A program made the position numbers and the translations under genes. A stretch of 64,000 nt of DNA from a virus: positions 32,001 through 96,000 of the IMG/VR virus record IMGVR_UViG_3300042290_000327; one strand, written 5' to 3'. The notes below the pieces were generated by a model. It was not told where the DNA came from. It saw only the letters and a program-made list of their open reading frames with translations, and did no database searches. Below, one piece after another: positions 47,502-57,650 of the stretch (positions are counted from its first letter, which is position 1; each line of letters starts with the position of its first letter).

Positions 47502-50050
47502 TGGCAGAAACTACATACATATTAACTGAAGAAGTTCCAAATGTAGAAGGAATTAACAGCTACTCAGCCGAAGATACAGGGTTAGTAGATCAGTATATTA
47601 TTAATTCTGAGTTTAACTCTACAACTGACCTTATCGAGCTATCGATATACGCTCAAGACAACACCCTACTCCAGTTAATCCCAAACTACACCGGGTATAA
47701 AGAGCTAGGTAACTCAGCAAGCGCAGGTAAGGAAGGAACTAGCGTTCTCTATATTGACCCTATTCAAGATAGTCAAACTCTAGGTTACAACCAAGGAGGA
47801 GTCTCTTTACTCTACAACTTCTTAAGAAACATCTCAGATGTAAGCCTATTCATTTCAGAAATTTCTCCCGATAGAACGGAAATAAAAGCTAAGACTCTAG
47901 AAGAAGTCCCCGAGCTGTTGCTTGCTATAGCTGAGCTTCAAAAAAAGCTAAATACATCAACCTACTTTTACGACTTTAGGTTAAATTTTTTAAACGGCAC
48001 CCTTTTAATAGGGATAAATGTAAATGTAGATAGCGATAGAAACATCGTAATAAAGCTCTACGAACCCCTGCCAGCTTCAATTAACACTAAAGTAAACTTT
48101 AGATTAGTAGAAGTAGTAAGCGATAGTGTAAATTACAGTATTGAAGCTGTAACGCAGCCGGATGCAGAAGTATTCCCCATACTGAGAGGTCCCAACTTCA
48201 CATCAGAACTTGATGGACAATCAGCTCAACCAACTGAATTTCTAGATTATAATCAACTATATCTCTTTCCAGTTACTAGTAGTTACTACAGGTTATTAAA
48301 TCAAGTAAGTCAGAGCGGAGCCGAAATTAATATTGACTATGCTGACTACAATAACTTCGTTCACTTCTCCTCAGCTCAAGAGAGGTTAAACAATTTTGCA
48401 TATAAACTTGAATTAATACAAACTTACACTAGTGCATCTAACGCAATCAGTACAGCACTCAGCACAACCGCATCCCTAGCTTCCTCTACAAGCGTAACGT
48501 TCTACCAAAACTTAGTTAAGGGCGTAATAGAGAAATTTGATGGGTACGATAACTACCTATTTTTTGAAAGCTCTAGCTCTACTTGGCCAAAATCAGGAAG
48601 CACCTTACCGTACGTAAACTTTCCAGTTAGCAACGCCACAGCGATTAACTGGTTTAATTCACAGTCACTAGTCGCCTCACTTTATGATGAGGTAAATCAG
48701 AGTAGCCTAGTCTACACGGTTCCTGAATTTATTAGACAAGACACTTCTAATGCTCCGTATTCATTATTCTTAAATATGCTGGGACAGCATTTTGATAGCT
48801 TATGGGTATATGCTAGAGCTGTAACCGATAAGTACAATGCTGATAATAGAATAGACTACGGGATATCAAAAGACCTAATAGGGGAGGTACTGAAGAGCTT
48901 TGGAGTTAAACTTTATAGCTCAAATTTTTCAATCGCTAATTTAAGCTCGCTATTCTTAGGTGAGTTTTACGATAGCGGATCCGAGCAGATAAGTTCATTT
49001 GTAACTGCATCAAACCTCCCCACACCCGATAGAGATCTGCTTGCAGAGACTTACAAAAGAATCTACCACAACTTACCTTACCTTATTAAATCAAAAGGTA
49101 CTGAAAGAGGTTTAAGAGCCCTTATCAATTGTTTCGGTATTCCAAGTGGGTCACTTCAAGTAAGAACTTACGGAGGTGTAAATACTCTAACCCCCACCCC
49201 CTACTTCGGACCTACTGCACTGACCGGCAGTAATATCAGGCTAGACAACACCGGAAGCATTACCTCAGGAAACACTCTATCATACTATTCTACAATTCAG
49301 CAAAACAGTAAGAAGTATACTCAAGATCTAAACATCGTAGAGGTAGGATTCTCTCCCGCTTACAATTTAGATAATTTTATAAGCAGCAGTATAACTTCGA
49401 GCTTTGATTTAGATCAATACATTGGTGACCCTAGGTACCTATACCAACCCGGATATAATAACGATACGTACGGAAATTTAAACAGAGTAGCAGAAACAAT
49501 ACTCTCAGGCTCTTCAGCCTACGACGTACGTGACTTCGTGAGGTTAATAAAATTCTTCGATAATCAACTTTTTAAGATGGTTAAAGATTTTGTACCTGCC
49601 CGGGATATCACATCCTCGGGTATAATTATAAAACCTCATATCCTAAACAGAAGCAAGGTAAAATCCGTGCAATCCTCAGGAACAAGACCTGAATACACAG
49701 GTTCGATAGATACTGCATTTATCACAGGATCAAACGGAGGAGTGCTAGCTGACTACAGCACCGCCCACAGTCAAAGTCTGCGAACTCCATCAGGGCTATT
49801 AGTAAAGGTCTTTAATGCTAATGAAGAGACTATCAACGGTGAATTAGGGGGATCAAATTTAAGATTATATACCGGTAGTTTAAATCCCAATAATCCGTTT
49901 AAAAAGTTAGAACAGCCCCTTTTAACTTTTGATATTATTAACACAACCAGCCCAACATCATTAGCGGGCAGTATTCCAGCTGGAGATATTTATATCTGGA
50001 TTGAATCTAACACAATCCTCTCAGAAGAACCGCCAGCTCCCCCAGCCTAA
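47501..50050 (+). CDS. Large baseplate protein (gp7/tail protein I-like segment)
   Basis: F..M.GQHFD..W.Y, NLPYL.K.KGT.RGL.ALI.CFG. Confidence 0.6.
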   Translation: MAETTYILTEEVPNVEGINSYSAEDTGLVDQYIINSEFNSTTDLIELSIYAQDNTLLQLIPNYTGYKELGNSASAGKEGTSVLYIDPIQDSQTLGYNQGGVSLLYNFLRNISDVSLFISEISPDRTEIKAKTLEEVPELLLAIAELQKKLNTSTYFYDFRLNFLNGTLLIGINVNVDSDRNIVIKLYEPLPASINTKVNFRLVEVVSDSVNYSIEAVTQPDAEVFPILRGPNFTSELDGQSAQPTEFLDYNQLYLFPVTSSYYRLLNQVSQSGAEINIDYADYNNFVHFSSAQERLNNFAYKLELIQTYTSASNAISTALSTTASLASSTSVTFYQNLVKGVIEKFDGYDNYLFFESSSSTWPKSGSTLPYVNFPVSNATAINWFNSQSLVASLYDEVNQSSLVYTVPEFIRQDTSNAPYSLFLNMLGQHFDSLWVYARAVTDKYNADNRIDYGISKDLIGEVLKSFGVKLYSSNFSIANLSSLFLGEFYDSGSEQISSFVTASNLPTPDRDLLAETYKRIYHNLPYLIKSKGTERGLRALINCFGIPSGSLQVRTYGGVNTLTPTPYFGPTALTGSNIRLDNTGSITSGNTLSYYSTIQQNSKKYTQDLNIVEVGFSPAYNLDNFISSSITSSFDLDQYIGDPRYLYQPGYNNDTYGNLNRVAETILSGSSAYDVRDFVRLIKFFDNQLFKMVKDFVPARDITSSGIIIKPHILNRSKVKSVQSSGTRPEYTGSIDTAFITGSNGGVLADYSTAHSQSLRTPSGLLVKVFNANEETINGELGGSNLRLYTGSLNPNNPFKKLEQPLLTFDIINTTSPTSLAGSIPAGDIYIWIESNTILSEEPPAPPA

Positions 50051-50069
50051 GCATAAAGAGTAAACATAA

Positions 50070-51962
50070 ATGCCTGCTATAGAAACATATTTTACCGTTC
50101 GGAAACTTAGGATTAGTAAAACTAGTGCTAACGGAGTTGATATTACAAGACAACTCGAGAACGTTGAAGAAATTATTATACCCCACACCAGTGCTGTAGG
50201 TAATACTCCGTCCGCCACTCTTACCTATACAATTTTTGGAAGGCAGGAACTAAGCGACTCCTACATCTTTGACGTAACAGTCGGTGGCAATAATATTTCC
50301 GGATCAGATCAAACTGTAGTTAGTACTATCTTTGAACCTTTTACTTCGGAAAACTTTGATAACTCTGACTTTAACGCCCTCTTCAACAACGCCGTTACCC
50401 CAGCTAACACCGCTAACGTTCAAAAAGTTGATTATTCTACCAATCCAAACATTCCTGTAAACATAGTTGCAATAAGAAACAATATAGCCGAGCGAGCGGA
50501 CGTTCAAGAACTCCTCCACACAAGCCCGGGTCTAATCAGCGGCCGGTACGGAGGTAAGCAGCTAACTGGACAGTTCATTAATGAATTTAGAAACGGGGAT
50601 AAGTCTTATGGTAAAACCCCAGTTATCGAGCACACCACCCCCTACTTCTGTATATTTGACTACATATCCGGCTTCTCACCCGAGCACAACAAAGCCAACG
50701 CTATTGTAATATCTTACATTGTAGACGAATTAGGAAACCTAACAACCCCCGACTCACCCACCGCCCTGCCGATCTTACAGCAAGGATTCCCTTCAGACTC
50801 TAAGTTTGAGATATCAATACAATCTTCAGCCATAGGAGGAACAGAGGCAAAGTTACTGGGGATGAACGAAGTTTTACGGTCAGGAGTAAGGGTTGAACCT
50901 ATACTCTACAGCTATACAGCCTCCCAGTATCTAAAGCCAGCATACTCCGCCTCACACCAGCTTGAGTTCGATGTTGATGATAGTCTTCAGACATACGATG
51001 CCGCAGCATCAGGATCAGGTACTCAATCTCCATCAACCTCATACCCGGTTACAACTGCCGTTACTTTTTCACTCGAAAGTAAAGACGACCTAAGTAATTA
51101 CAACACAGGCACCTCTAGGTATTCATTTTCTCAAGATACTCAACAGCCGGTAAAATTCTCAGCTTATATTGAACATGAAGGAACTGCCTACGATACCGGC
51201 TACGGATTCGTAGCAGCACAAGTGAATTATAGGATAGAGGTTAGCAGTGACGGAACTTTTAATTCAAACACGATATCTACTTTAGCAGCGCAGACAGCTA
51301 CCTACACTTCTAGCACACCGTCTGGAGATATCGATCTTCAAAGCAACTTTAGTAATTTTAATAGCGGATCGGTAGTCCGGGTAGTAGTACAGCCTAGAGA
51401 TTCAAACCTAGACACCCTACAACTATTTGGAAGATCTTTCCAAGCAACTAGTTTTGCATCCGGATCAACGTTTGTAGCTCAATCAGATAACGGACAAGGA
51501 TTCTTCTTCGCTACAGGAAGTGCTGCAACCAATACTACCTTAACCGCCAGTATTAGTCTTTCTTCAAAATATGATAATTTATATATTGGAATAAGAAACG
51601 CAACTGCAGCAAACCAAGGATTCAACACAGTAACCCTTCCTTTTACGGTCCAGCCCGGTGACGAAATTAAATTTAATAACGATGAAGCTAGAACTTTTCT
51701 AGTAACAGCCGTACAGGAACCCTCACAGAACACCGAACAGCTTCTTTATATAACTTTAGACTCTAAACCAAATAAAGCAGCCAACAAGGACTTCTTTGCC
51801 ATTCGCAGGTACATCCCCTCCAGTAATATGATATTAATGAAAACTGACAGAGTAAGAGGAACTCAGAGTAACGGAATATTATTCCCTGAATACCCTTCTG
51901 CTAGACTAAAAGCAAACTACGAAAGAATAATCTCCGACCTTAAAAACAAAGGTATTTTATAA
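50070..51962 (+). CDS. Virion structural protein
   Basis: S/T-rich beta protein in the tail module. Confidence 0.5.
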   Translation: MPAIETYFTVRKLRISKTSANGVDITRQLENVEEIIIPHTSAVGNTPSATLTYTIFGRQELSDSYIFDVTVGGNNISGSDQTVVSTIFEPFTSENFDNSDFNALFNNAVTPANTANVQKVDYSTNPNIPVNIVAIRNNIAERADVQELLHTSPGLISGRYGGKQLTGQFINEFRNGDKSYGKTPVIEHTTPYFCIFDYISGFSPEHNKANAIVISYIVDELGNLTTPDSPTALPILQQGFPSDSKFEISIQSSAIGGTEAKLLGMNEVLRSGVRVEPILYSYTASQYLKPAYSASHQLEFDVDDSLQTYDAAASGSGTQSPSTSYPVTTAVTFSLESKDDLSNYNTGTSRYSFSQDTQQPVKFSAYIEHEGTAYDTGYGFVAAQVNYRIEVSSDGTFNSNTISTLAAQTATYTSSTPSGDIDLQSNFSNFNSGSVVRVVVQPRDSNLDTLQLFGRSFQATSFASGSTFVAQSDNGQGFFFATGSAATNTTLTASISLSSKYDNLYIGIRNATAANQGFNTVTLPFTVQPGDEIKFNNDEARTFLVTAVQEPSQNTEQLLYITLDSKPNKAANKDFFAIRRYIPSSNMILMKTDRVRGTQSNGILFPEYPSARLKANYERIISDLKNKGIL

Positions 51963-51994
51963 AAGACATATTTATTAGTATAAACCACTAAAAC

Positions 51995-52651
51995 ATGGCA
52001 TATTTAAACAACTCTGTAGTAACAGTAGATGCTATCCTAACCAAGAAAGGTAGAGAGCTTCTAGCAAGAGGCGATGGATCGTTCAGGATCACGCAATTCG
52101 CTCTATCTGACGATGAAATCGACTACACCCTTTACAATGTAACTCATCCTTCAGGATCCTCGTATTACGGCGAGGCTATAGAGAATATGCCGCTACTTGA
52201 AGCATTCCCGGATGAGACTCAAATTATGAAGTATAAGCTCGTGACTCTTCCTAGAGGTACAGCTCGTCTACCGGTCCTCAACATTGGCTACTCTACGATT
52301 ACGCTAAAGCAAGGAGCCTCTCTAGCAATTACTCCTCAGACTCTTAATTTCTTAGGAGCTAATCAAACCTTTGAACCAAGTGGCTACACAGCCACTATTG
52401 CAGACGTAAGAGTTCTTGCAACATTTAACGGAGTAGGTATTAATACTGAAGAAGCAAACAGGTTGAACACCACCACGACTCTCGGTACTAATGTATCTAA
52501 GACAGTGATCGGTACTTCAATTAATCTCTCAGCTACAACAGTTAATACATTGTTTGGCACTACTACTCAACTACAGACTACCCTCACGTTAATAGGTAGA
52601 GATTCTGGAGCAAGACTTACCATTCCAGTAACCATCACTAAATCAAACTAA
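51995..52651 (+). CDS. Tail/baseplate protein (tail-fibre-collar N-terminal-like)
   Basis: DAILT.KGRELLA, ITQFAL.DDEIDY; late motif at 51968. Confidence 0.6.
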   Translation: MAYLNNSVVTVDAILTKKGRELLARGDGSFRITQFALSDDEIDYTLYNVTHPSGSSYYGEAIENMPLLEAFPDETQIMKYKLVTLPRGTARLPVLNIGYSTITLKQGASLAITPQTLNFLGANQTFEPSGYTATIADVRVLATFNGVGINTEEANRLNTTTTLGTNVSKTVIGTSINLSATTVNTLFGTTTQLQTTLTLIGRDSGARLTIPVTITKSN

Positions 52652-52657
52652 TAAGAT

Positions 52658-53686
52658 ATGTCATTTAAGAGATTCGAAGCTGACGATTTAGTAGTAAGCG
52701 CTGAGCCAGTATCAGCTCCAGTTTGGAGTACAAACACTCCAATACTTTCAACTTTTTTCACCTCCTCAACCCAACCCACCTCCACCTCCGGGAACTACTA
52801 CCTAGATATTTATCAGACCGGATCACAGCTCAACGGCTCAGAAGTACAGTTAGCAATAGCTTATGGTGACGCTGCTGGCCTAGGAACCGCACCCTATAAC
52901 AGCGCAGTTCCGGGCTACTCCCCAACCAAAACAGTCTACGGGCAATACCGGACATTGGTATTAGGTGATGAAGAGAGCTCATTTAAGTTCGGAGGTAGTA
53001 TTACCAGCGACTACTTCTACGCAATCAGTATCGACAGAGATAGGTATAGAGAATCCCTATTACCAGGAACCTTCAACCTAACGCTTACTAATGGCGCAAA
53101 CACCCTTAAGCTTACTGACAACAGTGCAGCTACATCTACTATTCAATTCAATGATGCAGGAAGAGTTTTTGAAGTAGTAAGCGGATCAAACGGAACTCCC
53201 ACTACAGTGGTAAACTCAACAGGCTTTACATTAGCATCAGGATCTTACGGATTTTTCTTACCAGATATCGGTACGATACTTTTGAGCGGTTTAGCATTAA
53301 GCGGATCAGCAGCTCAAGGCGGAATCGGACTATCGATCAATAGAGGAACCACAGCCCCAGCCGTCACCGCTACTAACATGGCCAAGCTCTACGATGCTAT
53401 TAAGGCAGGAGCAGCATTCCAGCTTAATTACCGAGAGACAGTATCTTCACAGTTTGTATTTACAAGGGTAAGAAACAGTGAGTTTAACTACTCCACTAAC
53501 CCCTCTTACGTCACCGGGTCAGGAGATCTAAGGATCAGTAATATGGTAAACGCACCTCAGAGCTACATCACTTCAGTTGGTATGTACAATGACAACAACG
53601 AACTGCTAGCGGTTGCAAAGCTATCAAGACCCCTACTAAAGGACTTCACTAAAGAAGCATTAATTAGAATCAAGCTTGATTTCTAA
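52658..53686 (+). CDS. Tail/baseplate structural protein
   Basis: EFNYSTNPS, YITSVGMYND..ELLAVAKLS.P. Confidence 0.6.
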   Translation: MSFKRFEADDLVVSAEPVSAPVWSTNTPILSTFFTSSTQPTSTSGNYYLDIYQTGSQLNGSEVQLAIAYGDAAGLGTAPYNSAVPGYSPTKTVYGQYRTLVLGDEESSFKFGGSITSDYFYAISIDRDRYRESLLPGTFNLTLTNGANTLKLTDNSAATSTIQFNDAGRVFEVVSGSNGTPTTVVNSTGFTLASGSYGFFLPDIGTILLSGLALSGSAAQGGIGLSINRGTTAPAVTATNMAKLYDAIKAGAAFQLNYRETVSSQFVFTRVRNSEFNYSTNPSYVTGSGDLRISNMVNAPQSYITSVGMYNDNNELLAVAKLSRPLLKDFTKEALIRIKLDF

Positions 53687-53690
53687 ATGA

Positions 53691-54851
53691 ATGAGTGCAT
53701 TTATACGACTAAACAAGCAGGATGCATTCGTAGTACCTTATACTGCGCATAAATCATTTTCCTTACCGTACTTCAGCGACAGCGGGAGTGCAGGTGTAGA
53801 GTTCTATATCGGAACTAGGGATAGAACATCCCTTTTCTCTTCGTCATCCTTAAAGACACAAAATCAATACTCTAGCTTAGTATTTGATTCTATAAATCAT
53901 CTATATTATTCGAATTTCAGTTCTTCAGTCGAAAGCGGTAGTTTTGAAAATTACAACCAATCTACTCTGTTCTACTCCCGGAGCCTGACTCTCACCGACA
54001 GCACAGACATCTTTGTAGTAGATATTCGAAGGGATAGATTCGGAGAAGCAATCAAGCCTTCAAGCTTCACTCTTATAACAGGTTCGATAACTATCGCCGA
54101 CGACGGAGAAGGGAATTTGCAAATTGCAACCGACACCACGTTAACAATCCCGGTACTAACCTTCTATTCTGAATCAGCCCAGTTTGTAAGTTTTGACGGC
54201 TCCGCTCAAATCACCTTAGATCCAACTACCCCTCCTGCACAGTATACATTTGCCTCAGCGTCATGGCAAGGATCAGCAATCAAAAGCCCTTTCTACTTGG
54301 TAAGTTCTACCCAGATACAAGAGATTGATAGCCGAGGGATTATCTATGATGCAACTACAGGAGTAATGACAACTGATAGCTCAGTTTATGAGTTTGCTGA
54401 TCCAACAACTGACATAGGGCCAGTAGAGATACTTTTTGTTTCAAGCTCTAATGTAGATTATACTATAGGGGGAGGTACTAACGTAGGTAATATTTTCTAC
54501 CCGCACGGGGTAGGCGTTATCAGCAAAACCGATCAACTAGTATCCTTGTTAAAAAATTCTGTTGGTTACGGTACTAATGTAAACTGGCAAGCCTCCCACA
54601 CCATCTTCCAGCATCAGTACCGCTGCCGGGTGAATGAAAGTAGTTTAAACTACTCTCAGAACCCTTCCATCAAATCAGGCAGCAACGGAGAAACTTACAA
54701 CTTCGCAACCGGGAGCTACTTCCAGCCCTACATCACAACGGTAGGACTTTACAACGATTCAAACGAACTCATAGCAGTAGCTAAGCTAGGTCAACCGATA
54801 CCTAAATCCAGGTACACGGATATGACTTTTGTTATCGCACTAGATATTTAA
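53691..54851 (+). CDS. Tail/baseplate structural protein, paralogue of 52658
   Basis: DDGEGNL, GNIFY.HG, NYSQNPS, YITTVGLYND..ELIAVAKL. Confidence 0.6.
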   Translation: MSAFIRLNKQDAFVVPYTAHKSFSLPYFSDSGSAGVEFYIGTRDRTSLFSSSSLKTQNQYSSLVFDSINHLYYSNFSSSVESGSFENYNQSTLFYSRSLTLTDSTDIFVVDIRRDRFGEAIKPSSFTLITGSITIADDGEGNLQIATDTTLTIPVLTFYSESAQFVSFDGSAQITLDPTTPPAQYTFASASWQGSAIKSPFYLVSSTQIQEIDSRGIIYDATTGVMTTDSSVYEFADPTTDIGPVEILFVSSSNVDYTIGGGTNVGNIFYPHGVGVISKTDQLVSLLKNSVGYGTNVNWQASHTIFQHQYRCRVNESSLNYSQNPSIKSGSNGETYNFATGSYFQPYITTVGLYNDSNELIAVAKLGQPIPKSRYTDMTFVIALDI

Positions 54852-54855
54852 TATC

Positions 54856-55308
54856 ATGACAGAACCTACCTGGACTTACAAGGGTAGGATGATCACTAAA
54901 ATTTCCGATATGCCGGAAGGCACTTACGGATTTATCTACCAGATCACCCACACCCCTACCAACAAAAAATATATCGGCAAGAAAGTCATGTACTTTACCC
55001 GGAAGGTTAAGCTCACCAAAAAAGAGATCGCCGAACAGACTGGCCCTGGCCGCAAGCCTATCACCAAATTAGTCACCAAAGAAAGTGACTGGGCTAGTTA
55101 CTACGGATCCAACAAAGAGTTCTTATCTTTAACCAGAACCTTCCCTAAAGAAGAGTTCCATAAAGAGATTCTAGAGCTTGCTACCGGTAAAAAGATGCTT
55201 ACCTACTATGAGTGTAAATATTTATTTAAATACGGTGCCATTGAGAATAACGAGTTATACTACAACGATAACATATTAGGTAAATTCTACAGGAAAGATT
55301 TTATATGA
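54856..55308 (+). CDS. GIY-YIG (Seg-like) nuclease-family protein
   Basis: GFIYQIT...KYIGKK, ESDW..YYGS, YNDNI.G. Confidence 0.75.
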   Translation: MTEPTWTYKGRMITKISDMPEGTYGFIYQITHTPTNKKYIGKKVMYFTRKVKLTKKEIAEQTGPGRKPITKLVTKESDWASYYGSNKEFLSLTRTFPKEEFHKEILELATGKKMLTYYECKYLFKYGAIENNELYYNDNILGKFYRKDFI

Positions 55309-55844
55309 AACTAATCCAAGCACTTCTTACTGAGAGCACTTACTCTAAAATTAAAGATGCTTTTAAAGCAGCTGGAGCTACTGATGTAGGAGTAGGATCT
55401 CAAGGGGTTGTTTATAGTGCACCCAAACCTGTACCGGAATTAGAGTACGAACCTAGAGAAGGGTACCTTGTAAAAATCACCCAGGATGACATCGAAATGG
55501 AGGCTATGATTAAAGCCCAGGGTAAAAAATTTAAATACCTGGCAAACATCGGTAAGGCAGTAAAGATGGAAAAAGGAGGCTGGTACCAAATCGAAAACCT
55601 ACAGCCGGTCTCTCAAGAATACTCTGAGGAAATTGAGAAGAACGTTCATATATTAGATCAGTTCTTTAGCGAAGGAGATAAGAGCCTGCTTTCAGACCTA
55701 TCCCCGTACCTGCAGAAGGTCTTTATCGGTGCAAGGCAGGAGCTGGTTCAAACCGGCATTGATCCTGAAGAAGTTGATATGTTCGGAGATGACAACAACG
55801 TAATGGCAACCGCCGATGGTGATATAAAGCTTATCGACTATTAA
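55305..55844 (+). CDS. Protein-kinase-like fold protein
   Basis: G.GSQG.VY glycine loop, VKIT...E, D....NVM, KLID. Confidence 0.6.
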   Translation: MKLIQALLTESTYSKIKDAFKAAGATDVGVGSQGVVYSAPKPVPELEYEPREGYLVKITQDDIEMEAMIKAQGKKFKYLANIGKAVKMEKGGWYQIENLQPVSQEYSEEIEKNVHILDQFFSEGDKSLLSDLSPYLQKVFIGARQELVQTGIDPEEVDMFGDDNNVMATADGDIKLIDY

Positions 55845-55880
55845 GTTGGTTACAAGCGGTTTCGTTCTTATATTAAGGTT
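55845..55880 (+). promoter_or_regulatory. Early/middle promoter for the primase
   Basis: GTTG-N20-TATATTAA. Confidence 0.6.
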
Positions 55881-55901
55881 ATAACTATGTAATGCCTCCG
55901 C

Positions 55902-56825
55902 ATGGAGAATCCTATACTGCTAAGCGCAATCGAGAACGTACTGGGGAAATCTAATAAGAGGGCCCGGGATAACTATGCATTTAGTTGTCCGTTCTGCAAC
56001 CATCGCAAACCCAAGCTTGAGATCAAGCTGAGTACTAACGAGAAGGGGGAGAATCCGTGGGAGTGCTGGGTTTGTAGTGCTAGAGGTAGGACTGTTAAGT
56101 CTCTGCTAAGGCAGATGAAGCTTGGTAAGGATGAAGCTAACCAGGTCTTAAGACTTGTCAGGAAAGGAGAGACAGCTGACTACGAAGTCACGTTTGTAGA
56201 ACTTCCTAAAGAGTTTCAGGCATTGACTACCGCCACCCGGACTTCCGTTATTGCAAACAAGATCAGGAACTACCTCTACAATAGAGGTCTTACCGAGAAC
56301 GACTTTTTAAAATATAACATCGGCTACTGCACCACCGGAGATTATGCTGGAAGAATCATCGTACCTTCATACGATGAAAATAATCAGCTAAACTTTTTCG
56401 TTGGCAGGACCTTTGAGAATAATTATTTTAAGTACAAGAATCCTCCCGCATCCAAGGATGTGATAGGATTTGAGAATTTAATTAACTGGGACCAGCCCGT
56501 CATCTTAGTTGAAGGAGTCTTCGATGCCATGGCTGTTAAACGTAATGCTGTCCCGATCCTAGGTAAGTCCTTATCTAAGAGTTTAATGTTAAAATTAGTG
56601 TCAAACAAGGTTCAAGACATTTATATAGCATTGGATAAAGATGCTTTAAAAAGTGCGCTACGGTACTCTGAGCAATTCCTTGCTATGGGTAAACGAGTGT
56701 TCCTTGTTGACATGATCGATAAAGATCCTTCACAGATGGGTTTTACTACTTTCACCCACCATATTCAACAGTCCCAGGAGCTGACTTTCAGTGACCTCCT
56801 CCGACACAAATTAGCTTTCGTATGA
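55902..56825 (+). CDS. DNA primase (zinc finger plus TOPRIM)
   Basis: CPFC..CWVC, YL..RG, RII.P, F.GR, KY.NP, VEG.FDA, LDKDA, KDP. Confidence 0.9.
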   Translation: MENPILLSAIENVLGKSNKRARDNYAFSCPFCNHRKPKLEIKLSTNEKGENPWECWVCSARGRTVKSLLRQMKLGKDEANQVLRLVRKGETADYEVTFVELPKEFQALTTATRTSVIANKIRNYLYNRGLTENDFLKYNIGYCTTGDYAGRIIVPSYDENNQLNFFVGRTFENNYFKYKNPPASKDVIGFENLINWDQPVILVEGVFDAMAVKRNAVPILGKSLSKSLMLKLVSNKVQDIYIALDKDALKSALRYSEQFLAMGKRVFLVDMIDKDPSQMGFTTFTHHIQQSQELTFSDLLRHKLAFV

Positions 56826-57604
56826 TTTATCCAGGTTCCAATTTTCTTTTAGAGCATAAGCAAAAACGCATTCAGTTCGACGGAGAGCTAAAGCAGATCA
56901 CTCTGCCGGACCGCCGGGTTTACAGAAGAGGCGAAGGCATTTATTACCCCTCCGTTACTACGATCCTGCAGTACATGCCCAAAAATAAGTTCTTTGAGCA
57001 GTGGATTAAGGACGTAGGGCATAATGCCGATCTCATCATGAGAAGGGCAGGTGAAGAAGGGACGGCAGTCCACAATGCAGCCGAGGAGCTGATCAAAGGC
57101 GGGGAAGTCCAGTGGATGGATGATTACGGCAAGGCTAAGTACTCGCTGCTGGTATGGCAGATGATCAATAAGTTCGTTGAAGCTTGGAAGGCCATGGACC
57201 CTGACGTCATTGCTACCGAAGAATTTACCTTCTCAGACGTCCATAAGTATGCCGGTACTGCTGATATCATTGCCAAGATCGGTGATGAGGTTTGGTTGCT
57301 GGATATTAAGACTTCTAATTCTTTGCATAAGTCTCACGAGTTACAGCTATCGGCTTACGCCAAGGCCTGGGAAGAGATGTACGGGCAGAAGATCGACCGG
57401 ACAGGTATTATCTGGCTAAAATCAACTAAGAGAACTGCCTCTAGCAAGGACGGAGCATTCCAGGGTAAGGGATGGGAGCTTAAAGTAGTTGATAACATCG
57501 ATGAGAACTTTGAACTATTCCAACTCATCTATAAACTCTACCTTTTAGAGCATCCTGCCGATGAACCATCCTTTCAGACATATCCTTTATCGGTAAAGTT
57601 GTAA
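56822..57604 (+). CDS. PD-(D/E)xK exonuclease
   Basis: YPSVTTIL, GTAVH, YAGTAD, LLDIKTS, QL.AY. Confidence 0.85.
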   Translation: MIYPGSNFLLEHKQKRIQFDGELKQITLPDRRVYRRGEGIYYPSVTTILQYMPKNKFFEQWIKDVGHNADLIMRRAGEEGTAVHNAAEELIKGGEVQWMDDYGKAKYSLLVWQMINKFVEAWKAMDPDVIATEEFTFSDVHKYAGTADIIAKIGDEVWLLDIKTSNSLHKSHELQLSAYAKAWEEMYGQKIDRTGIIWLKSTKRTASSKDGAFQGKGWELKVVDNIDENFELFQLIYKLYLLEHPADEPSFQTYPLSVKL

Positions 57605-57650
57605 GCTATTTATAAAGAGCCTATCTTTAGGTAGATAAATAGTAAAAAAA

